From positions 3,592,461-3,656,460 of the forward strand of contig OZ219866.1 in the NCBI GenBank assembly GCA_964291675.2: a DNA stretch of 64,000 nt, written 5' to 3'. A model generated the notes under the pieces. It made no database searches. It had not been told where the DNA came from and worked only from the letters and a program-made list of their open reading frames with translations. The position numbers and the translations under genes were made by a program. Position 1 is the first letter of the stretch. Each line of letters opens with the position of its first letter. This document shows, one piece after another, positions 1 to 9,188 of this stretch. This stretch comes from Alphaproteobacteria bacterium. GTDB lineage: Bacteria; Pseudomonadota; Alphaproteobacteria; MPNO01.

Positions 1-699
1 GCGGCCGCGCGAGAAGCGGCGGGCCAGGATTATGGTCCCGCCGGCCACCAGCATCGGCATCACGGTCAGCATGTGGGTCGAGGGCCAGCTTATCGAGCGG
101 TATTCGAGGACCCGGTCGCCCGGCCCGAGCTTCCACATGTCGATCGTCTGGTCGGCGATCCAGAAATAGTTGCCGTGGTTGTGGATCATCCCCTTGGGCG
201 CGGCGGAGGTGCCGGAGGTGAAGCCGATCACCGCCACCCCGTCCTCGCCGATTTCGGGCAGCGCCGCGGGCGGGTGCGAGGCGGCCTCGTGGTAGAGCGA
301 ATCCAGCGCCACCGCGCCTCGCGCAGGATCGAGCGCCTCCGCGCCCTCGCCCCGCACGACGAGCCGGGGATCGAGGCGGCGGGTCATCTCCCCGATATGC
401 GCCGCGTTCACCTCCACGTTGATCGTGCAATAGGCGACGCCGGTCGCCAGGCAGGCCATGAACAGCGCCATCTGCTCCAGCCCGTTCTCGCTCAGCACCA
501 GCAAGCGGTCGCCCGGCGCCAGCCCGCGTTCGGCGAAGACCCCGGCGAATCCCTCGCAGAGCGCCAGCGTCCCGGCATGGGTCAGCGCCCTTCCGTCTTC
601 CGCCGATTGCAGGAAGACCTTGTCGGGATCGGCCTCGGCGTGGCGGCGCAGCAGGGTCGAGACGGGGCGGAACCTTGTGCGGTCGGGGACCTGTTCCAT
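1..699 (-). CDS. AMP-binding acyl-CoA synthetase/ligase (CaiC-like), 3' part outside window
   Basis: Manual translation from ATG at 699 (MEQVPDRTRF...) is open to the window edge and contains the AMP-binding motif GFTSGTSAAPKG; lies 13 nt downstream of the UbiD gene. Confidence 0.85.
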   Translation of the reverse strand, partial: MEQVPDRTRFRPVSTLLRRHAEADPDKVFLQSAEDGRALTHAGTLALCEGFAGVFAERGLAPGDRLLVLSENGLEQMALFMACLATGVAYCTINVEVNAAHIGEMTRRLDPRLVVRGEGAEALDPARGAVALDSLYHEAASHPPAALPEIGEDGVAVIGFTSGTSAAPKGMIHNHGNYFWIADQTIDMWKLGPGDRVLEYRSISWPSTHMLTVMPMLVAGGTIILARRFSRGR

Positions 700-712
700 C
701 GTCGCCGAAGCG

Positions 713-2194
713 TCAGCCGGCGCCGTCCGAGCCGTCCAGCAGATGGCCGAAGCGCCGCCTGGCGGCCTCCGCCTCGGCGGGGCTCGGCGCGTTGACCCTG
801 GGGAAGTCGTCCTTCCAGTGGAACGGCCGGCAGGCGTCGATCACCGCGCGCCCCATCGAGAGATCGCCCGAGCCGCGCCGGTCCGGGTGCAGCAGGGGGT
901 CGGCGGGCGACGTCCGGGCGCCGGCGATGATGTCGATCGAGCTCGCCGGGTCGCTGCGCGTCAAGAGCGCCCACCAGAGCTCTTCCAGGTCGGTCACGTC
1001 GATGTCGTCGTCGACCACCACGACATAGCGGTTGGCGTAGTTGGCGGCATGGCAGGTGGCGGCGATGTGGCCGGCCTGCTTGGCGTGTCCCGGATAGCGC
1101 TGCCTGATGGCGACGCCGTGCAGCAGCCGCGACGAGCCGATCTCGTAGCACCACACGCCGGTCACGTCCGGCACCCCGGCCGAGGCCAGCGCCTCCTTGA
1201 CCATCGCCGAGCGCAGCACCGCGCGGTAGCGGCCCATCTCGTCCGACCCGCCGCCCATCGGCGGCACGCCGAGGATGATCGGATCGTTGCGGTGGTAGAG
1301 GCGCTCGATCTGCAGCACCGGCTCCGGATGCTCGCCGCTCGCGTAGTACCCCGTCCACTCGCCGAACGGGCCCTCCATCCTGTCGTGGCCGGCAACCAGG
1401 TACCCCTCGACGGCGATCTCGCAATTGGCCGGGAAGGGGAGGCCGGTGAGCTCGCCCCGCACGCACTGCACCGGCGCGCCGCGGATACCGCCCACCAGGT
1501 CGAGCTCGCAGGTGCCCGACGGCGCCTCGGTGCAGGCGGCGTAGAACGCCATCGGGTCCGAGCCCAGCACCATCACGATCGGGCATTTCTCGCCCCGGGC
1601 GAAGTACTTCTCGCGATGCACGTGGCCGTGCTTGCCGGGCACCATGAGGACGCCGATGGAGGATCTGTCGTGCACCATCGCGCGGTAGGTGCCGACATTG
1701 AGCCAGCCGTCGTCGGGATCGCGGGTAACGGTGAGGCAGCCGGTGCCGATATAGCGCCCGCCGTCCTCGACATGCCAGATCGGGGTGGGGAACTTCATCA
1801 GGTCGATGTCGTCGCCCGCGAGCACGTTCTCCAGCACCGGGCCGGTGTCCACGATCTCGTGCGGGACCGTCTTGCGGTCCTTGACGAAGCCCTCGTAGCA
1901 GGCATCCGACAGCTCGGACTTGCTGAGGTCGTCGGGGAAGCCGAGGGTCATGTTGCGCCGCTTGCCGGCGAAGACGTTCATGATCACCCGGTAGCCCGGC
2001 GGGCAGCCCTCGACGTCGTCGAACAGCACCGCCGGCCCGTCGTCCTGCTTGATCACCGCCTCGGCGGCGAGCCCGATATCCTCCTCCCAGGACGCGCCGC
2101 GCACGACGCGCAGCTCGCCCAGCCGGTCGGCTTCGGCGATCCATTCCCTGAGATCGTCGTATGGCAGCACGCAGCGCAGATTGCTTCGGTCCAT
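713..2194 (-). CDS. UbiD-family prFMN-dependent (de)carboxylase
   Basis: DGGRYIGTG, NVGTYR, EGPFGEWTGYY and VVVDDDID motifs; start set at MDRSNLR. Confidence 0.92.
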   Translation of the reverse strand: MDRSNLRCVLPYDDLREWIAEADRLGELRVVRGASWEEDIGLAAEAVIKQDDGPAVLFDDVEGCPPGYRVIMNVFAGKRRNMTLGFPDDLSKSELSDACYEGFVKDRKTVPHEIVDTGPVLENVLAGDDIDLMKFPTPIWHVEDGGRYIGTGCLTVTRDPDDGWLNVGTYRAMVHDRSSIGVLMVPGKHGHVHREKYFARGEKCPIVMVLGSDPMAFYAACTEAPSGTCELDLVGGIRGAPVQCVRGELTGLPFPANCEIAVEGYLVAGHDRMEGPFGEWTGYYASGEHPEPVLQIERLYHRNDPIILGVPPMGGGSDEMGRYRAVLRSAMVKEALASAGVPDVTGVWCYEIGSSRLLHGVAIRQRYPGHAKQAGHIAATCHAANYANRYVVVVDDDIDVTDLEELWWALLTRSDPASSIDIIAGARTSPADPLLHPDRRGSGDLSMGRAVIDACRPFHWKDDFPRVNAPSPAEAEAARRRFGHLLDGSDGAG

Positions 2195-2285
2195 CGCACC
2201 CTCCGTCGCGCCCGTTATAGCCGCTCGTCCGCCAAGTGGACATTGCCGGGCGGCTGCGACACACTCGAACGAGCAGGAGCCAGCC

Positions 2286-3611
2286 ATGACACAACCGGCC
2301 TTCGACGCATCGCCCTTCATCGACGACCGCCCCGACGAGCGCGTCTTCCGCATCGACCGGCGGGCGTTCCACGACGCCGCGCTGTACGAGGCGGAGATGG
2401 CGCAGATCTTCGAGCGGCAGTGGAACTATCTCTGCCACGAGAGCCAGATCCCGAACCACGGCGATTATTTCGCCACCCATATCGGGCGCCAGCCGGTCTA
2501 TGCGATCCGCCGCAAGGACGGGTCGGTCGGCTGCTACATCAACGCGTGTTCCCATCGCGGCGCGCTGTTGACGCCGTTCCGCCAGGGCAATGCGCGGGTG
2601 ATCACCTGCCGGTTCCACGGCTGGGCCTACGATTCGGACGGGCGCTGCATCAAGATCAAGAACCAGGAGGCGGGATTCCCGGCGCCCGATTTCGACCGCG
2701 CGCGGTTCGACCTCAAGCCGGTGCCGCTCGCCGACAGCTATCGCGGCTTCGTGTTCGGCTGCCTCGACCGCGCCGCCCCGCCGCTCGCGGACCATCTCGG
2801 CGAGGCGCGCCATTTCATCGACATGTTCGCCGACCAGGCCCCCGACGGGCTCGAGATCCTGCCCGGCTCGCAGACCTATGTCTGCGACCACAACTGGAAG
2901 TACCAGGCGGAGAACGTGACCGACGGCTACCATGTCGGCACGGTGCACCGGAACTTCGCCAACACCATGCTGGCGCGCGAGGCGAGGGACGGCACCGAGG
3001 GGCTGCTCAAGACCGAGACCGGGCGGATGAAGGGTAACGTCGCCAACGGCGCGTTCTATCTCGGCCACGGCCATATCGCGCTCTGGGCCGACCGGGCGAG
3101 CCCGGAGGCGGCGCCGCTGGCGCCCGCGACCGAGCGGATCGAGCGCGACTTCCCCGGCGCCCGCGCCGACTGGATGCTGCGGCGCGGGCGCAACGTGCTG
3201 GTGTTCCCCAACATGGTCTTGAACGACCTCGCCTCGACGCATCTCAGGACCCACCGCCCGCTGGGGCCGGAACGGACGGAGGTCACGATCTGGTGCATCG
3301 CGCCGAGGAACGAGCCGAAGGAGGCCCGCTTCGCGCGGCTCCGGAAGTTCGAGGATTTCTTCCTGGTCACCGGGCTCGCCACCTCGGACGACGTGATCTC
3401 GCTCGATGTCGCCCAGGCCGGCTGCCACGGCAGAGAGGCCGGGTGGAACGACTACGCGCGCGGGCTGGAGCAGGCGGTGGACGGCGCCGACGGGATGGCC
3501 GAGGGGCTCGGCATGAAACCCGTCACCTCATCGCCGAGCTGGGACCACGAGGCCGAATATGTCGGCTTCTACCGCCACTGGAGGGACCTGCTCGCCGATC
3601 GGCCGGGGTAG
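2286..3611 (+). CDS. Rieske aromatic ring-hydroxylating oxygenase, alpha subunit (benzoate/anthranilate-dioxygenase-like)
   Basis: Rieske ligands CSHRG...CRFHGW; mononuclear Fe motif ENVTDGYHVGTVH; RBS-like GAGCAGGAG before ATG 2286. Confidence 0.92.
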   Translation: MTQPAFDASPFIDDRPDERVFRIDRRAFHDAALYEAEMAQIFERQWNYLCHESQIPNHGDYFATHIGRQPVYAIRRKDGSVGCYINACSHRGALLTPFRQGNARVITCRFHGWAYDSDGRCIKIKNQEAGFPAPDFDRARFDLKPVPLADSYRGFVFGCLDRAAPPLADHLGEARHFIDMFADQAPDGLEILPGSQTYVCDHNWKYQAENVTDGYHVGTVHRNFANTMLAREARDGTEGLLKTETGRMKGNVANGAFYLGHGHIALWADRASPEAAPLAPATERIERDFPGARADWMLRRGRNVLVFPNMVLNDLASTHLRTHRPLGPERTEVTIWCIAPRNEPKEARFARLRKFEDFFLVTGLATSDDVISLDVAQAGCHGREAGWNDYARGLEQAVDGADGMAEGLGMKPVTSSPSWDHEAEYVGFYRHWRDLLADRPG

Positions 3612-3616
3612 CGGGC

Positions 3617-3728
3617 CGTCCCTCGATACGGCGCTGGCGCGCCTACTCGGGATGAGGGGGAGGGTCTTGGGCCGCGCCCCACCCACCTCATCCTGAGTAG
3701 CCCCCGTCAGGGGGCGTATCGAAGGGCG
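3617..3728. repeat. Inverted pair of REP-like palindromic elements (CGTCCYTCGATACG...CTACTCRGGATGAGG family)
   Basis: 3617-3657 and the reverse complement of 3686-3728 share both ends; partial third copy at ~9170-9190. Confidence 0.75.
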
Positions 3729-5172
3729 CGTCGTAGCCCGCCATCAGCCCGTCGACGATCCCGGCCAGCGAGTCCCAGTCGCAGGCGCCGTAGCTGTAGC
3801 CGCTCATCACGAAGCCCGGCCCGGCATAGAACTTCTCGTACTGGGCGTGGCGGCCGGCGAATTCGGAGCTCAGCAGATCCCAGGCGAGGCGCAGCAGCTT
3901 CATGCGCTCCTTCGCCGTCTCGTCCGGGGTCGACCAGTAGGTCTCGAATTTTTGCGCCAGCGCCGGGTCTTCGAGGACCGAGGAATCGGCCGGCATCTGG
4001 ATCGGCCCGCCGCCCAGCAGCTCGCGCACCGTGTCGCAGATATCCGCGTAGCTGTTGGAGCACCAGTGGAGCGCGGCGTACATGTAGCGCCGGTTCACGG
4101 TCACGAAGCCCGGCACCATCTCCTCGCAGGAATGGAGCTGGCCCATCAGCATCCCTTCCAGCGCCGCGAGCCGGGCCGCGAGGTCGCCGAGCGTGGCGGC
4201 GACCGCCGGGATGCCGATCGTGCGGTTGGAGACGCAGACCCGGTGGGCCACCGCGACGATCAGCTTGAGCTTCTCGAGGAAGCGGATATTGGCCTGGTGG
4301 TTGGCGAGCGAGTGCCCCGGGGTGCGCACGTAGATCTCGCGCGTCATCGCCACGTCGTCGTGCAGGAACACGTCCTCCCACGGCACCCGCACATCCTCGA
4401 ACAGCACCGCGGCGTCGGTCTCGTCGAAGCGCCAGGTAAGCGGCATGTCGAACTCCGAGGTGGCGAATTTCTCGTAGGGCTTGCGCGCCCATATCGAGAC
4501 ACCGGGAGCGTTCAGCGGCACCGCGCAGGTGATCGTCTCGGCCTCGTTGCCGGGCGGCACGGGCTGCAAATTGCCGACCCAGGTGTCGTGGCAGAACACG
4601 GCCGACGTGCCGATCATCTTGAGGCCGTTGAGGGTCACCCCCCGGTCGTCCTCCGCCGTCACCCTGAGCGTGGGCGAAGTCGCGCCCGGCTCGCCCCGGC
4701 GCGTCCCCTGCGGGTTGGTGACGGTGTGGGTGGTGAACAGGTCGTCGCGCCGGGCGCGGCGGTAGTAGCGCATCAGGTTCTCGCCGGTGCCCGGACGCAG
4801 CTCCTCGAACAGCTCCGGCCGCGTGGCGAGCCCCGACAGGTAGCTCGGGAAGTTGTCGGGCGAGCGGCCCAGCAGGCCGTAGCTCCAGGACGCGATCCGC
4901 CGGTGGGTCTCGTAGCGGCGTTCGAGGTCGGCGCGGCTGCGCGGGCGCAGGAAATAGGTCGAGAACGCCTCCCCGTCCTCCTCGCAGACCATCAGCGACC
5001 GGTTCTCCGGCGCCCGCTTGCGGTCGTAGATCGCGGCGAAGGAGCGGGCGGCGTTGCGGAAGGCGGCATGCGCGGTCACGTCGTCCACAAGCTCCTTGCC
5101 GATATAGACGACCCGCCCGTCGCGCAGGCTTTTCAGGTATTCCTCGCCGGTCAGCAAACGCCCGCTCCCCAA
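3688..5172 (-). CDS. 4-hydroxyphenylacetate 3-hydroxylase family flavin monooxygenase, oxygenase component (HpaB-like)
   Basis: TGEEYLKSLRDGR, GRSPD, RFDETDA and GRHAQYEKFYAG motifs; TTG start. Confidence 0.9.
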   Translation of the reverse strand: MGSGRLLTGEEYLKSLRDGRVVYIGKELVDDVTAHAAFRNAARSFAAIYDRKRAPENRSLMVCEEDGEAFSTYFLRPRSRADLERRYETHRRIASWSYGLLGRSPDNFPSYLSGLATRPELFEELRPGTGENLMRYYRRARRDDLFTTHTVTNPQGTRRGEPGATSPTLRVTAEDDRGVTLNGLKMIGTSAVFCHDTWVGNLQPVPPGNEAETITCAVPLNAPGVSIWARKPYEKFATSEFDMPLTWRFDETDAAVLFEDVRVPWEDVFLHDDVAMTREIYVRTPGHSLANHQANIRFLEKLKLIVAVAHRVCVSNRTIGIPAVAATLGDLAARLAALEGMLMGQLHSCEEMVPGFVTVNRRYMYAALHWCSNSYADICDTVRELLGGGPIQMPADSSVLEDPALAQKFETYWSTPDETAKERMKLLRLAWDLLSSEFAGRHAQYEKFYAGPGFVMSGYSYGACDWDSLAGIVDGLMAGYDAPFDTPPDGGYSG

Positions 5173-5205
5173 GGGTGATCCGGCTCATGTACGCTAAGCC
5201 CCGGC

Positions 5206-6564
5206 ATGAGTCGAGAAACCACCCAGCAGCTCGCCGGGTTCGCCGCCACGCTGCGGCTCGATGCGGTTCCCGAAGACGTGCGCCGGTCGGCCAAGGCCCT
5301 GCTGCTCGATGCGCTCGCCTGCGCGTTTGCCGGGCACCGGGGGGAGGAGACCGGCCAGGTCCGGGCGCTCGCCTCCGCGCTCGGCGCCTCCGGGGAGAGC
5401 GCGGCGATCGGCGGCGGGCCGATGTCGCTTGCCGGCGCCACGTTGATGAACGGCTATCTCATCACGGCCGTCACCATGTGCGACGTGCACCGCGCGACGC
5501 TCACCCATGTGACGCCCGAGATCGTCCCCCCGGCGCTCGCCATCGCCGCGCGCGACGACGCCTCGGGCGCCGACCTCCTGGCCGCGTTGGTCGCCGGGCT
5601 GGAGGTGACGACGCGGGTGGGCCTCGGGCTCGACTACGCGGCGTTCCGCGCCAAGGGGTGGCACGGCCCCGGGGTCACCGGCCCGTTCGGCGCGGCGGCG
5701 GCTTGCGGCAGGCTGCTCGGCTTCGATGCCGACGCCATGGCACGCGCCTTCGGCCTCGCCGGCAGCCAGTCCGCCGGTACCTTCGCCGCCTGGGGCACGC
5801 CGACGGTCAAGTGGCACCAGTGCCGCGCCGCGCTGTCCGGGCTGATGGCGGCGCTGCTCGCCGGGCAGGGCTTTGTCGCCGCGCGAAACTTTCTAACCGC
5901 GCCCGATGGCGGGCTCTACGCGACCTATGCCGATGGCGGGCTGCCCGAGCTGGCGACGCGGGATCTCGGGCGGCGCTGGGAGTTGCAGGAGATCGCGCTC
6001 CGCCTGTGGCCGGCCGCGACCGCGCTGCAGGACGTGTTGACGGCGCTTGCCGACCTCCCCGACGACATCGCCTTCGACGACATCGCGTGGGTTCGGCTCG
6101 CCCTGCCGAAAACCGCGTTCGACATGCATGGCGGGTTCGCGACATACAGGGCCAAGTTCGAGGCCCTGCTTTCGGCGCATTACGTGGCCGCGGTCTATCT
6201 GCGCGACCGGAGGCTGACCCTCGACCAGTTCGAGCCCGCCTGCTACGACGACCCGGCGCTCAGGCGGTTCGCCGCCGAACGGGTCGAGGTCGCGCGCGAC
6301 CCCGCGCTCCAGGGCGGCCAGGCTGCCGCCGAGATCGAGACCGCGACCGGCGCGCGCGTTTCGGCGCGGTGCGACCACGCGCTGGGGACGCCGCAGAACC
6401 CGCTGTCATGGGCGCAGGTGGAGGAAAAGTTCAGGACCTACGCGGAGCCCGCGCTCGGCTCGCAGCAGACCGACCGGACGATCGCCGCGGTCGATGGGCT
6501 GGAGAGACTCGCGTCGTCGCGCGAGTTGATGTCCTGGCTCGGCGCGCGGGAAGAGACGCCCTGA
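5206..6564 (+). CDS. MmgE/PrpD family protein
   Basis: N-terminal LLLDALACAFAG, CDVH...H, GWH, and C-terminal GTPQNPLS...EKF pattern. Confidence 0.88.
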   Translation: MSRETTQQLAGFAATLRLDAVPEDVRRSAKALLLDALACAFAGHRGEETGQVRALASALGASGESAAIGGGPMSLAGATLMNGYLITAVTMCDVHRATLTHVTPEIVPPALAIAARDDASGADLLAALVAGLEVTTRVGLGLDYAAFRAKGWHGPGVTGPFGAAAACGRLLGFDADAMARAFGLAGSQSAGTFAAWGTPTVKWHQCRAALSGLMAALLAGQGFVAARNFLTAPDGGLYATYADGGLPELATRDLGRRWELQEIALRLWPAATALQDVLTALADLPDDIAFDDIAWVRLALPKTAFDMHGGFATYRAKFEALLSAHYVAAVYLRDRRLTLDQFEPACYDDPALRRFAAERVEVARDPALQGGQAAAEIETATGARVSARCDHALGTPQNPLSWAQVEEKFRTYAEPALGSQQTDRTIAAVDGLERLASSRELMSWLGAREETP

Positions 6565-6610
6565 CGTTCGGCTTCCCGGTTTCGTGCGCTCTCGCACCGC
6601 GTTCCCACCT

Positions 6611-6920
6611 CGTCATGGCCGGCCCCCGGATCGAGTCCGGGGTGATCCGGCCATCCATGCGGCCTCCCGGCAGGCAGGGCAATCCGACCGGAGCGATGGC
6701 GATGGGGGCGGACCGCACCCGGCTCTCCATGCACCGCCCATGGATGCCCGGATCAAGTCCGGGCATGACGGGAGGGAGGACGATGGCGCTTCCCCAACCA
6801 CGTCATGGCCGGCCCCCGGATCGAGTCCGGGGGTGATCCGGCCATCCATGCCGCGCCTCCACCCGCGAGGCGATGGGTCGGAAGGGGTGCCGGCGCCCGG
6901 ATCGAGTCCCGGCATGGCGG
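6611..6920. repeat. Cluster of CGTCATGSCCGG...GATCCGGSCATCCA REP-like hairpins (about 4 units)
   Basis: Near-identical units at 6611-6660 and 6801-6850; inverted units at 6741-6770 and ~6893-6920; lies between convergent genes. Confidence 0.85.
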
Positions 6921-6928
6921 CTTGGGGG

Positions 6929-7381
6929 CTAGCGCCGCACCTCGCATTCGATGGTCCAGCTCACCGCGCCGGCCTGCTCGCGGCGCGCGAGGTTGAGCCG
7001 GGATCTGGCCTTGAGGGCCGACCCGGCGGCCTTGCGCAGCTCGTCCCGCACCGCCTCCGGCAGGTCGTCGAAGGCCAGCGTGAGGCGGACCGGCGGTTTC
7101 GCCCGCGCCGGTCGCGCCGCGGCGCGCTCCCGCCGGGCTCCGTTCGCCTTGCTGCCGCCCCAGATACTGTCCCAGCCGGAGCGGTACTCGGGCGTCTTGA
7201 CGTTGCTGAAATAGCCGTAATGGACTTCTGTCTTGCCGCCCACGGATTCGCGGGCCGACTTTTGTGCGGGCGCGGTCGAGGATTCGCTGGACGTCGACGG
7301 CTTGGCGCTCTCCGTCGAGCTCTTGGACTCGGCTTTTTCCGCGACCGGTTTGGCGGTCGAGGCGTCACTCATCGCTTGCAT
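6929..7381 (-). CDS. Hypothetical protein (Ser/Lys-rich N-terminus, HYGYFS...YRSGWDSIW core)
   Basis: 150-aa ORF that fills the gap and has plausible composition; start may be 7372. Confidence 0.6.
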   Translation of the reverse strand: MQAMSDASTAKPVAEKAESKSSTESAKPSTSSESSTAPAQKSARESVGGKTEVHYGYFSNVKTPEYRSGWDSIWGGSKANGARRERAAARPARAKPPVRLTLAFDDLPEAVRDELRKAAGSALKARSRLNLARREQAGAVSWTIECEVRR

Positions 7382-7488
7382 CGGTCTCCGGGTTGCAAAA
7401 ACGGCGCATCCTGTTACATCGACCCACGCCTCGATGCAAGACGTGCGGGGACCGTCGATCGCTGTAAGATGGACCCGGAAAGAGGAGC

Positions 7489-8717
7489 ATGGCGATGGAC
7501 GGATCGGGTGGGCAAAAGTTCAATGTCGGCGGGGTGCTGCTCGACCGGCCGTTCAAGATCCGCAGGCTCGGGCATTTCGGCTTCAACGTCTGCAATTTCG
7601 ACGCCTGCCTAAAGTTCTATTCGGAGCTGCTCGGCTTCGCGCTGTCCGATCCGCTCGATTTCAGCCCCCGCGTGGCGGACGACGAAGAGCGCGGGCGGTT
7701 CGACGCCACCGTCGGCTGGTTCATGCGCCACGGCGGCGACCACCATTCCTTCGTGCTGTTCCCCAAGCCCATCCTGGACCATATCGGCGGACGGTCGACC
7801 CGGCCGGACATCACCGTCAACCAGATCACCTGGCAGGTCGGCAGCCTGCGCGAGGTCGCCGAGGCGGAGAGCTGGCTGCGCGGGCACGACGTCCGGATCA
7901 GGCGTTCGGGGCGCGACCAGCCGGGCTCCAACTGGCATGTCTACCCGTTCGATCCCGACGAGCACATCAACGAGCTCTATTACGGCATCGAGCAGATCGG
8001 CTGGGACGGGCGCTCCAAGCCCCCGCGCTGCACGAGGAGGAGTTCCGCGAGCAGCCCGGCCTGCCGCAGATCCCGGAATACGCCGAGGTCGACCGAGCGC
8101 GGGACAAGGGCACCGATCTCGGCTCCGGCTACCGCCACGAGACCGGGCTCGAAGCGCGCTACGACGTGGGCGGCGTGCTGCTGCCGCGGCCCTTCAAGGT
8201 CGTGCGGGTCGGCCCGGTGCGGCTGTTCACCGACGACCTCGACGCGGCGGTCGGCTTCTACCGCGACCGGCTCGGCATGACGGTCACCGAGGAGATCGCG
8301 TGGAACGGGCATCGCTGCGCGTTTCTCAGGGTCAACACCGAGCACCACTCGCTCGCGCTATATCCGATCGCGCTGCGCGCGGAGCTGGGCTTGAGCGACC
8401 ACACCACCTGCATGGCCTTCGGGGTGCAGCTCGGCGACTACGCCCAGCTTCGCGCCTCGCTCGGCTTTCTCGAGGAGCGCGGCGTGGACATCGTCCGCCT
8501 GCCGCCGGAGCTGTCGCCCGGGATCGACTACGCCGCCTTCGCCATCGACCCCGACGGCCACGCGATCCAGCTTTATTACTACATGGAGCAGATCGGCTGG
8601 GACGGCAGGCCGCGCGACGCGGCCGAGCGCCGCAAGGCGGGCGAGGACTGGCCCGAGGCGCTGGACCCGCTGCCCGACACCTTCGCCGGCGAGCCCTTCC
8701 TCGGGCCGCTGGGGTAG
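7489..8717 (+). pseudogene. Two-domain VOC/glyoxalase (extradiol-dioxygenase-like) protein split by a 1-nt frameshift at the C5 run 8020-8024
   Basis: Two homologous halves (VGGVLLxRPFK...EQIGWDGR) are in different frames; one extra C restores KPPALHEEEFR. May be a sequencing error. Confidence 0.8.
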
Positions 8718-8751
8718 GCGGGTCGGTTCGGAAGAAAAGGGAGAAATTTCG

Positions 8752-9168
8752 ATGAGCGATTCGAAGGAAACGGCGCTCGGCTTCTATCACGCCTGCGAGA
8801 GCGGCGCGGGCTGGGCGGGTTGCGCCGAATTCTGCACGCCCGACGCTGGGTTCTCCGCGCAGGCGGGGGCCATCGCTGAGATGGAGACCCTGGAAGCCTA
8901 TTGCGACTGGATGCAGGGCGTGGTGACGATCCTGCCGGACGCGAGCTATGTCCTGAAGGCGGTCGGGGCCGACGAAGAGAACGACAGGGTGACGATCTTC
9001 GGCGTCTTTTCCGGAACCCATACCGGCGAGGGCGGGCCGGTTCCGCCGACCGGCAAGAAGACCGAGTCCGACTATGTCTACGTGGCGGACATGCAGGACG
9101 GCAAGATCGCGCATGTCACCAAGATCTGGAACGACGGCTGGGCCTTCGGCCAGCTCGGCTGGGGATAG
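8752..9168 (+). CDS. SnoaL-like / ester cyclase (NTF2 fold) protein
   Basis: FSGTHTGEGGPVPPTGK motif; RBS GGGAGA upstream. Confidence 0.85.
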   Translation: MSDSKETALGFYHACESGAGWAGCAEFCTPDAGFSAQAGAIAEMETLEAYCDWMQGVVTILPDASYVLKAVGADEENDRVTIFGVFSGTHTGEGGPVPPTGKKTESDYVYVADMQDGKIAHVTKIWNDGWAFGQLGWG

Positions 9169-9188
9169 CCCGTCCTTCGATACGCCCC

